From: Patescibacteria group bacterium
GTDB taxonomy: Bacteria; Patescibacteriota; Patescibacteriia; UBA2591; JAQUPP01
Length of the DNA stretch: 64,000 nt
NCBI GenBank assembly: GCA_028716665.1
Contig: JAQUPP010000001.1
Location: forward strand, 282,860-346,859
Reading direction: 5' to 3'
Within the stretch, counting starts at the first letter, position 1, and every line of letters begins with the position of its first letter. The position numbers and the translations under genes are program-made. This document shows, piece after piece, positions 39,419 through 49,285 of this stretch. The notes beneath the pieces were generated by a model, which saw only the letters and a list, made by a program, of their open reading frames with translations, did not search any database and was not told where the DNA came from.

Positions 39419-41194
39419 ATGATTAAAAAAAATAGTAAAAAATTTAGAATAAAACATTTTTTACTATTTTTTATTTTTATAATTTTAGTTTTGCTTGCGA
39501 TAATTTTGCTTGCCAAAAACGCTCAAGCGCCGGGATTTTTTTATAATACTGAACCGCAGCCGGAAACAAAATCTAACCCTGAGCCTGTCAAAGGGACTAA
39601 CTCTGAGCCCGTCGAAGGGGCGAAAAATTCTCTTTCCGAATATTCTTCGGCCACTTTTAGTGATTCATTCTCGGGCCAGGCTTGGTTGGATACAACTCGG
39701 ACCAATTTATATTTTGATTGGACCAGCCAAAATCTTATTTTCCCGCCGGTTTTAGATACTGAAGAAGTTTCGGCCGGTGATTTTTTAATTAATTTTATTC
39801 CGGAAAAAATCAGTTCTGAAGGTGATTTTGCTCTGTTTGTCGGCACTCACCGCATCAGTCAGAAAAAACAATTGTTGATTTGGCAGATTAAAGAAAATCA
39901 CTGGTCAAAATTTGATGTTTCGACTTTGCTCAACATCAACCCTGAGTCTGCCGAACGGGTTGACTTTTCAACTTTAGGTCTTAGTGATACCGCGTCAATT
40001 CTCGGTTTGGAAAAAATTACTTCATCTTCAAATTGGCTGCTTTTCAGCCAAGACCCTTCAACCAACACTTCGGCCGTGAGCTCAGTGCCAAACGGCTCAG
40101 GGCAAGCCAACAATCTTAAAATTGATATTTTAAAAATTACGGATTCAGAAACAGATCATCCACGGATTGAATTAATAGCTGAAAAATCATGGCCGATTTC
40201 ATCTTTTAAAGATATTCAAATAGAATGCGGCGAAAAAAATTGTTTAATTGCCATCAGCGAGCCGTTAACTATTTTTAAAGTTGACACTAATGGCAGTTTA
40301 ACGACTTTAGAAAATTTGACAAAATCTTTAAAAGAAAATAATCCTGATCAAGTGGTTATTTCTAAGGGATTATCAGCGGAAAATTGGCTGGTGGTTCTAT
40401 CTAAGAAAATTCCGCGTCAGTCCGCGTCAAGTCCGTCTGAGTCCGCGCCTTTGTATCAATATGAGATTAATGAAATTAAAAATGAAACTCTAAATAACAA
40501 AGGTATCACTTTTACGGCCGAATATCCGGGCCGGCCGTCACTTTTAATTTTAAAAAATAAAAACATTTTTCTTTTTTGGGGAAGTTATTTTACTCAGGCC
40601 TATGAAATTACTCCTCAAAATAAACTGATTGATTTATCCGGCGATTTTGGTTGGCGAATTTCAGCCAATAAGCCGTTTCATCTTTATCAACTTTCTCATT
40701 CAATTTACATAAAAAATGAAGACCGTTCCATTATTCGCTGGGGAGGCGGAACCAATGTCAGAATTGATCCGAAATTTTGGTTTACTTTTAATCCCGATTT
40801 TTTAAAAATTATTCCTTATCCTCAAAATCAAGATTCAGGCTATCTTATTGCCGGGGTACCGTCAGGCGGAACAAAAATTTATCAATTTAACGATTTGGGT
40901 TTTGATTTATCCAAACCTCGCCAAATCGTTTCCGCTAAAATTAATTTTTCCGTAACTGAAATTAAAGCGGCTCAAATCACCAATTTACAAGGCAAAATAG
41001 ACAGCGCTCAAACAGAATATTGGCTTTCAAATGATGGCGGAAAAAATTGGGAAAAAGCGGAAATAGGCAAGCCGGTTATTTTTAAGACAGTTGGCAATGA
41101 CCTTCGCTATAAAATTATTTTAACGCCAAATTCCAATGATTCTTATACTGTCCCGGTTTTAAACTCAATCTATCTTTGGTATTGGTATAAATAG
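39419..41194 (+). CDS. membrane-anchored extracellular protein carrying several palindromic inserts
   Basis: N-terminal TM, YWLSNDGGKNW Asp-box-like motif, GNDLRYK. Confidence 0.75.
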   Translation: MIKKNSKKFRIKHFLLFFIFIILVLLAIILLAKNAQAPGFFYNTEPQPETKSNPEPVKGTNSEPVEGAKNSLSEYSSATFSDSFSGQAWLDTTRTNLYFDWTSQNLIFPPVLDTEEVSAGDFLINFIPEKISSEGDFALFVGTHRISQKKQLLIWQIKENHWSKFDVSTLLNINPESAERVDFSTLGLSDTASILGLEKITSSSNWLLFSQDPSTNTSAVSSVPNGSGQANNLKIDILKITDSETDHPRIELIAEKSWPISSFKDIQIECGEKNCLIAISEPLTIFKVDTNGSLTTLENLTKSLKENNPDQVVISKGLSAENWLVVLSKKIPRQSASSPSESAPLYQYEINEIKNETLNNKGITFTAEYPGRPSLLILKNKNIFLFWGSYFTQAYEITPQNKLIDLSGDFGWRISANKPFHLYQLSHSIYIKNEDRSIIRWGGGTNVRIDPKFWFTFNPDFLKIIPYPQNQDSGYLIAGVPSGGTKIYQFNDLGFDLSKPRQIVSAKINFSVTEIKAAQITNLQGKIDSAQTEYWLSNDGGKNWEKAEIGKPVIFKTVGNDLRYKIILTPNSNDSYTVPVLNSIYLWYWYK

Positions 41195-41227
41195 AATTTT
41201 CTGATAATTTAAAATTGAAAAATCAAA

Positions 41228-41599
41228 ATGGAAAATGACAATGTAAATTTTAAAAATGAATTCAAAAAACGCCTTTATAACTGGGTTTTAAGATTAATCA
41301 AGTTTATAGACAAGCTTCCCAAAGACTCCGTATGTAATGTCTTGGGAAAACAGCTTCTAAGAAGTGGAACAAGCATTTTGGCAAATTATATTGAGGCAAA
41401 CTCAGCCAGCTCAAAGAAAGATTTTATTAATTTTTTCACTCATTCTTTAAAATCAGCCAATGAATCTAAGGTTTGGCTGACATTATTAAGAGATACTGAC
41501 AAAGGAGATAAAAATGAATTGCAGTGGTCATTAAAAGAACTGATAGAAATAGCCAATATTCTGGCTTCCAGCATTTTAACTCTCAAGGGTAAGAAATAA
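41228..41599 (+). CDS. four-helix-bundle protein (IVS/TIGR02436-like)
   Basis: QLLRSGTSILANYIEA, SKKDF, LKSANESKVWL. Confidence 0.9.
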   Translation: MENDNVNFKNEFKKRLYNWVLRLIKFIDKLPKDSVCNVLGKQLLRSGTSILANYIEANSASSKKDFINFFTHSLKSANESKVWLTLLRDTDKGDKNELQWSLKELIEIANILASSILTLKGKK

Positions 41600-41751
41600 T
41601 TTTGACATTTTGAATTGTAATTTTAATTTTTGATATTTACATTTTGCATTTTTTAATTATCCACTTTATATTATTGACCCACCCATAAAAAGGGGATACA
41701 ATATAAGAGTAAAGTTAGTATTTTTAAGTATAAAATTGATTGTTTAAATAT

Positions 41752-44700
41752 ATGAAAAAACAAATATTTTCTTCAAAAATTATTTATTTTTCGATTTTTT
41801 TAATTTTAATTTGTTTTTCTTATTGGGGAGTAGAAAAAGTAAGGGCAGCTGATCCGCTGGACAATGATCAGATTGATATGCTGAAATATTTAGACATGAA
41901 TGAGCACGGGATTTTTAATTTAGCTACTCCGGTAGATGATGATAACGCCGCGACACAAGGATATGTTAAATCAGTAGTTTTAACAAATACTGGTTGGACG
42001 GCTACTGACAGCTATATTTATTTAACTACTATTGGTAATAGCGTCGGTATTGGAACAACAATTCCGGTCGCAAAATTGGAAGTTGCCAATAATTATAGCA
42101 GCACGGCAACGCTACCTTCGGCTAATATTGGTATAGTTGGGCGTAATTATACAGGTTCCGGCGCTGATGTTATTGGTGTCTATGGACAAGGAAAAACCAA
42201 TGACGCTTCTTATAACAGTTATGGCGGTTATTTTTATGGCACTTATAGCAGTAATAGAAATAAAGCGATTGGTATTTATGCTTATGGAAATGATTATGCG
42301 GCTATTTTGGATGGTACTGTCGGAATCGGATCATCAATACCGGCTACAAAATTAGATGTTAATGGCAATATTGCGGCGAATACCTATTATTCTCGTGGTG
42401 ATCCAATCGGTTATTTTCTTAATCCTGCCGCAGGTGGTACGGGTTGGGGATTATATTCCAATGGTTCTGTATATGCTTCTGGAAGTGATGATAATTATTT
42501 TGCCGGAAGCGTCGGAATTGGAATAACAAATCCGGGAGCAAAACTTTCAATCGTAACACCGGATACCAATTATTCAACAATATGGTCTAATAACGGTGGT
42601 GCAAATAATGAATATCTTTCTTTATATCAAACTGTTGATGATTTTATATTTACTTCCAATAAAAATGGTTCAGGAGTTCGTAAGGGTATAGGAATTACTG
42701 CCACAGGTGCGGATAATACCATGCCTAGTGGAATATATTTAAAAACAGACGGTTATGTCGGAATAGGAACAACAATTCCGGGTTTTAATCTTGATGTTTA
42801 TGGTTCAGGGGTTGTGGCATCGCAAATTGTAAGCACTAATAATTATTCAGCTCAATATATTAAAGGTGGTCAGAGCGGAGATGTACGCTGGGGATTATTT
42901 AGCGGATATCCGAATGTGGGAGATTTTACAATCAGAGAGACAGGAGTTGCTGATTATTTGACAGTCAAAAAAACTACCGGCAATGTCGGTATTGGGACGA
43001 CGATTCCAGGCATGGTATTAACAGTTAATACGAGTACTAATGATCAAGGTATTCAAATTCAAGGAGCAGCATCAAATATTAGTCCTGTACTTAAATTCGC
43101 AACTTCGGCAGGTACTGCTTATGCTCGTATTGGTATTGCGGGTGCAGCTGGTAATTTAGCTACAAACAGTGGTCAAAATGATTTAGTTATTAGAACAGAA
43201 GGTACTCAAAAACTTCATCTTGCTCCAGGAGCCGTTATTACTGAAACTTTGCTTTCTACTGGTTATGTCGGCATTGGAACAACAATCCCATCAACAAATC
43301 TTGATGTTAATGGCCAAATAAAAATCAGAGGAGGGGTACCTGGCGCTGGTAAAATTTTAATTTCGGATGCAGTTGGTTTAGCTACTTGGTCTCCTGCCAC
43401 TTCTATCAGCGATGGCGACTGGACAATTTCCGGCAATAATCAATATTCTGCTGTTTCCGGCAACGTCGGTATTGGGACAACGGATCCGACGGCAATTTTA
43501 CAAATTAATAAATCCACTGGCGGTAGTGGACAAAAATGGTTGATTCTTTCTACGACTGGAGCTTCCAGTGAAGGAATGGTTTTTAGAACTGACAATGGTG
43601 ATATTAATCGTATCACGTCTTATGGTGATTTGTATTTAGAATCCAATAATGGTTCAGGTGCTACTTTAGGACTTGATAGTGGTGGTCATTCTAGTTTTGG
43701 AGGTTATGTTTATGCACCCAGTTTGACTGTAGGTGGACTGGACATTACCCCACCGACAGAGGGAGCTATTATTTCCGGCAATGTCGGTATCGGGGTGACG
43801 GATCCAGTTAGTAAATTAGCAATTTTATCCGGAGCGGGTGTTGGCGGAATTTCAATCGGCACTGATGAAACTTATGCTGCTGTAGCTGCTCCCGACGGCG
43901 GAGCAATAATTGAAGGCAATGTCGGTATCGGTTATACAACTGCTTCTATAGATAAATTAAGAGTTAATGGTTCTATTATGTCTACGGGTCCTGCTGGTGG
44001 GAGTCCGTTGCTTACATCGGCTATTAGAATGTCAGTGGAAGGATCCGGAGCTTATGGACAAGTTCAAACTTATAATTCTGTGCCCTTAGTGTTAAACCCC
44101 ACAACTGCGGGCGGTAATGTCGGTATTGGCGTGACAAATCCGGGTAATAAATTAAGTGTTTATGGAGGCACAATAGGTGCTTATAATTTTGACGGAACCG
44201 ATGGTCTATTAATTGAAGGATATAGCGCTTCAGCTAGCGATGATGCAATGATGCAATTTCATACTTCGGGAGCGCTTTATAAAATGGGAATAGATTATTC
44301 TGATGAAGGAAAATTTAAGCTTACTTATGGTAGTGAAGATAATGGACAGACACAAATTGTAATGACTGGCTCCGGTAAGGTTGGAATTGGATTAGCAAAT
44401 CATACTCCGTTATCCAAACTGGACGTGTCGGGTAATATGGCTATTGGTTCTTATGCCGGGGCTAGCGCCGCACCTTCAAATAGTTTAATAGTTAGTGGCA
44501 ATATTGGTATTGGAACAACAGCACCGGGAATAGATTTAGCTATTGGCGATACTGATACCGGTTTAGATTGGGCGAGTGATGGTAATTTAAAAGTAATGAC
44601 TAATAATTCAGAAAGAATAAGAATCGCTTCAGATGGTAAGGTTGGAATTGGAACAACCGGGCCGGTAAATCCACTTCATATTTATTCGTCATCATCTTCT

Positions 44701-45963
44701 GTAATTCCATTGAGAGTTGACGATTATTATTATACTTATTCAATAGGAGCTGGAACTTTTTCATCGCCCAATACAAATGGATGGCAATTATACAAAGCAA
44801 GCTCGGAAACTTATTATGACAGCGTAGTGGGTGGGCATCATTTTTTGACCTCAGGATCTGAAAAAGTTACATTTACGAGTGATGGTAAGCTTGGAATCGG
44901 AACAGCTACGCCAGCAACATATTTAGACATCAAAGGAACACAAGTTGCCGGAAGCTACGGAGATGCCGCAACAGCGATAAAGATTAATATGACAAATGAT
45001 GCTTCATCAATCTATGGTGGAATTGCATGGAAGGACAGCGAAACAGCGGCCGAGACTTGCGGGATTTATCCTATGCGTTCGGGCGGAGTGAATTATTTCG
45101 ATTTTTTAAATACAGGTACAGTTTATATGAGGTTATTAGGCGGAACAGGAACAATCTTGAATGACAACAGCGCTGACTTGGATTTTCGCGTAGAAAGCAA
45201 TGATAACGCAAATATGTTTTTTGTTGATGGTGGGGCAAATACAGTAACAGTAGGATATAACGGATCACTTGGTTCTAAATTTAATGTTTATTCGGCGACA
45301 AATAACACAACACAATTTACCGGTCATCTATTGAATGTCAGAGCAGGAGATGGAACCACTAATACAATTAGTGAAATTGATTTCGGAGTAGCCAATACAG
45401 TAGCACCAGTTATTATCGGAAGTAAAGTTATAGACGGTTCCGGTGCTACAAAGGGAGATTTTTATATCGGGACAAGAGATTCGACAGATGGAGCAACGCT
45501 TCCAACAGAAAGATTAAGAGTAACAACCGCTGGCAAAGTCGGTATCGGGATAACAAATCCGGGACAAGCATTGGATGTTACTGGAACTATTCGCCAATCA
45601 GCTTGTAAAACAGCCGGTACTCTTTCCGCAAATACTTCAGGTGATATTATTTGTACATCTGATGAGCGATTGAAAAATATTTATGGATATTATCAAGGCG
45701 GACTTGCCGCGCTTTCCGCAATTAATCCGATAAAATTTTCTTATAAAGGAGAAGATTTCGTTCATGTGGGATTCTCGGCGCAGAATGTAAAAAGTGTTTT
45801 ACCTGAAGCCAGCGCCTTGCAGGATAGCGGTTATTGGAGCTTGGACGATACATCAATTACGGCATTAACTGTAAATGCCATCAAAGAACAACAAAAAGAA
45901 ATCGAAGATTTGAAAAATGTTGTCTGTCAATTAAAACCCGATGCAGATGTCTGCAATAAGTAA
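41752..45963 (+). CDS. giant secreted fibre protein with about 15 GNVGIG modules and C-terminal peptidase S74 chaperone
   Basis: signal peptide; TSDERLKNI...GFSAQNV...VNAIKEQQKEIEDLK coiled coil. Confidence 0.88.
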   Translation: MKKQIFSSKIIYFSIFLILICFSYWGVEKVRAADPLDNDQIDMLKYLDMNEHGIFNLATPVDDDNAATQGYVKSVVLTNTGWTATDSYIYLTTIGNSVGIGTTIPVAKLEVANNYSSTATLPSANIGIVGRNYTGSGADVIGVYGQGKTNDASYNSYGGYFYGTYSSNRNKAIGIYAYGNDYAAILDGTVGIGSSIPATKLDVNGNIAANTYYSRGDPIGYFLNPAAGGTGWGLYSNGSVYASGSDDNYFAGSVGIGITNPGAKLSIVTPDTNYSTIWSNNGGANNEYLSLYQTVDDFIFTSNKNGSGVRKGIGITATGADNTMPSGIYLKTDGYVGIGTTIPGFNLDVYGSGVVASQIVSTNNYSAQYIKGGQSGDVRWGLFSGYPNVGDFTIRETGVADYLTVKKTTGNVGIGTTIPGMVLTVNTSTNDQGIQIQGAASNISPVLKFATSAGTAYARIGIAGAAGNLATNSGQNDLVIRTEGTQKLHLAPGAVITETLLSTGYVGIGTTIPSTNLDVNGQIKIRGGVPGAGKILISDAVGLATWSPATSISDGDWTISGNNQYSAVSGNVGIGTTDPTAILQINKSTGGSGQKWLILSTTGASSEGMVFRTDNGDINRITSYGDLYLESNNGSGATLGLDSGGHSSFGGYVYAPSLTVGGLDITPPTEGAIISGNVGIGVTDPVSKLAILSGAGVGGISIGTDETYAAVAAPDGGAIIEGNVGIGYTTASIDKLRVNGSIMSTGPAGGSPLLTSAIRMSVEGSGAYGQVQTYNSVPLVLNPTTAGGNVGIGVTNPGNKLSVYGGTIGAYNFDGTDGLLIEGYSASASDDAMMQFHTSGALYKMGIDYSDEGKFKLTYGSEDNGQTQIVMTGSGKVGIGLANHTPLSKLDVSGNMAIGSYAGASAAPSNSLIVSGNIGIGTTAPGIDLAIGDTDTGLDWASDGNLKVMTNNSERIRIASDGKVGIGTTGPVNPLHIYSSSSSVIPLRVDDYYYTYSIGAGTFSSPNTNGWQLYKASSETYYDSVVGGHHFLTSGSEKVTFTSDGKLGIGTATPATYLDIKGTQVAGSYGDAATAIKINMTNDASSIYGGIAWKDSETAAETCGIYPMRSGGVNYFDFLNTGTVYMRLLGGTGTILNDNSADLDFRVESNDNANMFFVDGGANTVTVGYNGSLGSKFNVYSATNNTTQFTGHLLNVRAGDGTTNTISEIDFGVANTVAPVIIGSKVIDGSGATKGDFYIGTRDSTDGATLPTERLRVTTAGKVGIGITNPGQALDVTGTIRQSACKTAGTLSANTSGDIICTSDERLKNIYGYYQGGLAALSAINPIKFSYKGEDFVHVGFSAQNVKSVLPEASALQDSGYWSLDDTSITALTVNAIKEQQKEIEDLKNVVCQLKPDADVCNK

Positions 45964-46054
45964 TCTATTGATTATTAAAGAATTAACGAGTTATGAAAAT
46001 AAAGAACATAAGCTAATTTCTAATTTTCAATTTCTAATTTCTATTGAATTTTAA

Positions 46055-46433
46055 ATGAATCAATTTTCAAACCCGAAAAACAAGGAATATAATTTAGAAG
46101 AAAGAACAGCCAAATTCAGCGAAGACATAATAGAATTCATAAGAAGCATTAAGAGAGACGATATTAATCGTAATATTATTACTCAATTAGCGCGTGCCAT
46201 AACTTCAATCGGCGCTAATTATTGCGAAGCTAATGCTTCCAGCTCAAAAAAGGATTTTCGCAATAAAATATATATTTGCAAAAAAAGAGGCCAATGAAGC
46301 AAAATATTGGTTAAGGATATTGGCTAAATATCATCCTGAATTGAAAGAAAAAATAAGAATTTTTTGGCAAGAAGCCCATGAATTTCATCTGATTTTTCAG
46401 AAAATTACCAACACCCTGGATAAAAAAGTTTAA
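46055..46433 (+). pseudogene. four-helix-bundle gene with +1 frameshift in an A7 run
   Basis: LEERT...SIGANYCEA...ICKK then EANEAKYWL in the +1 frame; A7 at 46280-46286. Confidence 0.85.
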
Positions 46434-46537
46434 AAATTAAAGAATTGAAAATTTAATAAAAATTAAAAATTAGAAATTGAAAATTAATTAAGTATTTATA
46501 ATCCGTTAATTTATAAATTAATAATCTAATTAAAGTT

Positions 46538-47140
46538 ATGAACAAAAAAACAATTTTGACAATCGTCATTATCGTGATACTCGTGGTGGTTGGTATTATT
46601 CTCGTGAAGAATATGCCTGCGCAAAAAACCATTAAAACAACCGTGCCAAAAGAAACGGTTACGCCAGGGACAACTCCAAATGTTGAAACCCCGATCGCTC
46701 CGGTTGAAGGAGCCAAACAAGCCGCGCCTGGGACAAGTTTTGTCACCAAGGAAGGCGAAGTTGTTACTCCGGAAGGAACGCCGGTTAAGCAAGATGCTTT
46801 GCCTGGTGCGCCTGAAGCGCCGAAACAATCAAAATCTTTAACTGAAACAGAAATTCCCGCCGGTTCAGTTCAATTAAACGTAACTGCCAGCGGTTTTACT
46901 CCGAATGAATTTTCCGTCAAAGCCGGTCAAGTTGTCACTTTAACCGTTACTGCCGGTGATGAGAAAACTCACGTTTTTAAATTTGATGACGCCAGTTTAT
47001 CCGCCGTGGCAATCGGTATTGCCGGACACGAAACTCGGGCGATTACTTTTAAAGCACCAGCCAAGGGAGATTATTCTTTCTTTTGTGATGTTCCGGGTCA
47101 TTCCCAGAGAGGCGAGAAAGGCGTGATGCATGTTAAATAG
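46538..47140 (+). CDS. membrane-anchored cupredoxin-domain protein (paralog of 38781-39398)
   Basis: H...GDYSFFCDVPGH; shared linker motifs and upstream DNA. Confidence 0.85.
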   Translation: MNKKTILTIVIIVILVVVGIILVKNMPAQKTIKTTVPKETVTPGTTPNVETPIAPVEGAKQAAPGTSFVTKEGEVVTPEGTPVKQDALPGAPEAPKQSKSLTETEIPAGSVQLNVTASGFTPNEFSVKAGQVVTLTVTAGDEKTHVFKFDDASLSAVAIGIAGHETRAITFKAPAKGDYSFFCDVPGHSQRGEKGVMHVK

Positions 47141-47218
47141 ATTAACGAGTTAACGGATTAATGAATTAAAGAATTTATAACTCGTTAATACGTTAATTCA
47201 TAATTAACAATTTAATTA
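47138..47218. repeat. inverted octamer array pair (TTAACGAG-like)
   Basis: TTAACGAG TTAACGGA TTAATGAA TTAAAGAA followed by reverse-complement units. Confidence 0.65.
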
Positions 47219-47312
47219 AAATAGAGGATGAGCTTTTTTAAGCCACATCCTCTATTTAATTTGAATTAATTTAAAATCCCTCCACTTGATATTTTGAAGC
47301 GGAGGGATTGTT
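47217..47312. terminator. two hairpins between convergent genes
   Basis: AAATAGAGGATG/CATCCTCTATTT and AATCCCTCC/GGAGGGATT. Confidence 0.7.
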
Positions 47313-49001
47313 TTAATTTACAAGTTTTACAAATTTCAAACTTTTCTTTCCGATTTTCAGGAAATAAATTCCTGAATTAATCGTTTTCCCTAACTCATCT
47401 TCGCCATCCCAAACTGATTCTTTCGGCGATAATTTTTTGACAACCCTTCCGGATATGTCATAGATAGTCGCTTCCGATTCTGAACCCATATTTACAATAT
47501 GCAGTTCTTTTTGGAATGGGTTTGGCCAAACGGAGAAATCTGTGGTTATCTGAATTTTTTCTTCCGTTTCTGCGATGCCGATAATTTCTTCATCCGATGT
47601 CCAGCTAAAATTGTCTAAACAAAAACAATTTTGCGGTATGGGAAATTGTCCCCTGAATTCAACTGTGACGATAGTATCCATTCTTGGAGTAAAAAATTCT
47701 CCTTTTTTGCCCGTATATCGGAAAGTTTTTCCTTTGTTATCAGAAATTACAATCGTATCTCCATCTGCCAAATCAAGATAATTGAAATGAAATCTTGTGC
47801 CCTTGATTCCGCCATTTGAGAAACAATAATGTTTTTCTTTAATCGTGTCATTGATAGTAGGATTCCAATATGGATGATAATAATCATCCGACCGACCAAA
47901 GTACCAATAATATGGGAAATTATTAGTTTTCAGATACTCGTCCCAATTGGTATTTACACTGGATGAAAGCCCATTATAAGTCGTATCGTAATTTCTAGCT
48001 GTCTGCGGGAAATAAATACCAATTACTTCTTGAAGTTTTTGTGAGGCTGGATCATAAACAATCATCTCATCAATATCTTTGACGATGTTATTAGCTATTG
48101 CTCTGATTGAAACAGAAAGTAATGGATCATCGCGAAGTTTTATAGCAAAACTTCCCAATCTTGTTCTTTCGTTAATATATCCTACGTCGTTAATTAGAAT
48201 TTCATCATCGATAATTTGTTGTTTAACACTATCTGATTCTGTTTTTAGAATCAATGCTAAACTGTTAATATCCTGAGTTAATTGATCTATTCCCGAAGTT
48301 TTGATTGCCGAGAATCCATCTGTCTTAGCAAGCGCTACGGCCAAACTTTCTTGACACCAAGATGGATTTTCAAGCAGTCTAATGAAATAAGTCAATCTCT
48401 GGGGGGCATTAGCAGTTGTCCAGCAACCTACTGTCAAATCTACGAGACTTAATAATTCTTGTTGAACTTCCCACTGCTGCATCTGACAGGCCATTAATCC
48501 GAGAATATTGATGTTTTGACCGATTGCTTGTTTTACTCCCGTAATCGCTGTTTTAAATCTTTTATTGGGAATACTCATCCAATCAAAAGGATTTTTATCC
48601 TGAATGATACCATGCCAATTACAGCCATGGCCGTAGAGTATTAGGGCATATTTAGATGTGGTACCCATTTTTTGAATCGCCGCTTGCGAAAATTTTATCA
48701 GTTCGTTTTCATCAGCCATATTAATTTCAGAATCAATAATTTCTTCTACTGATGAATCCCCAAATAAATAATATCTTCGAGTTGGTATGCTGTCGTCAAA
48801 AGCATCTATTTCTATGGCGACATTTACTGGATAAGATTTACCCACGAAATCCATATTACTAATTATGGATTTACAATATTTTTCAGTAATTTCTTGTAAA
48901 TTACCATCCCCACAGATATAGAAAAGCATTGTCCAATCTGCTGTTGCTTTTGGTGTAAAGTTAGAAACTTGTAATAAAATTGTAAAGAACAGGTTAAACA
49001 T
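47313..49001 (-). CDS. clostripain-family (C11) peptidase with C-terminal FlgD-Ig/T9SS-like sorting domain
   Basis: WTMLFYICGD.NL, YGHG, MACQM; PNPF...IYDISGRVVK...WDG...SGIYF; SD before ATG 49001. Confidence 0.8.
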   Translation of the reverse strand: MFNLFFTILLQVSNFTPKATADWTMLFYICGDGNLQEITEKYCKSIISNMDFVGKSYPVNVAIEIDAFDDSIPTRRYYLFGDSSVEEIIDSEINMADENELIKFSQAAIQKMGTTSKYALILYGHGCNWHGIIQDKNPFDWMSIPNKRFKTAITGVKQAIGQNINILGLMACQMQQWEVQQELLSLVDLTVGCWTTANAPQRLTYFIRLLENPSWCQESLAVALAKTDGFSAIKTSGIDQLTQDINSLALILKTESDSVKQQIIDDEILINDVGYINERTRLGSFAIKLRDDPLLSVSIRAIANNIVKDIDEMIVYDPASQKLQEVIGIYFPQTARNYDTTYNGLSSSVNTNWDEYLKTNNFPYYWYFGRSDDYYHPYWNPTINDTIKEKHYCFSNGGIKGTRFHFNYLDLADGDTIVISDNKGKTFRYTGKKGEFFTPRMDTIVTVEFRGQFPIPQNCFCLDNFSWTSDEEIIGIAETEEKIQITTDFSVWPNPFQKELHIVNMGSESEATIYDISGRVVKKLSPKESVWDGEDELGKTINSGIYFLKIGKKSLKFVKLVN

Positions 49002-49046
49002 TTTATCCCCCTTTGTTTGAAAATGACCCTTTTTCGAGTCATTTAT

Positions 49047-49101
49047 TGCCAAGCGAGCGAGGGAAAAGAAAATTTATTTTCTTTTCCGAGCGAGCGCTGG
49101 C
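49047..49101. repeat. REP-like hairpin
   Basis: TGCCAAGCG...GGAAAAGAAAAT/ATTTTCTTTTCC...CGCTGGCA. Confidence 0.55.
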
Positions 49102-49285
49102 AACACAGGGTCTAGTACCCTTTATAAATTAATCTTAGCATAAAATTTTGATTTTGTCAATCCCTTAAAAGATCGACAATAAAGCCTTTTCAGGGTTAAA
49201 AAGAAAAAGGGGGCTGACAAAACCATTAAAATATGCTTAAATGATAATAGTTGAACTAATAAGATTTATTATTTATAAAAATATT

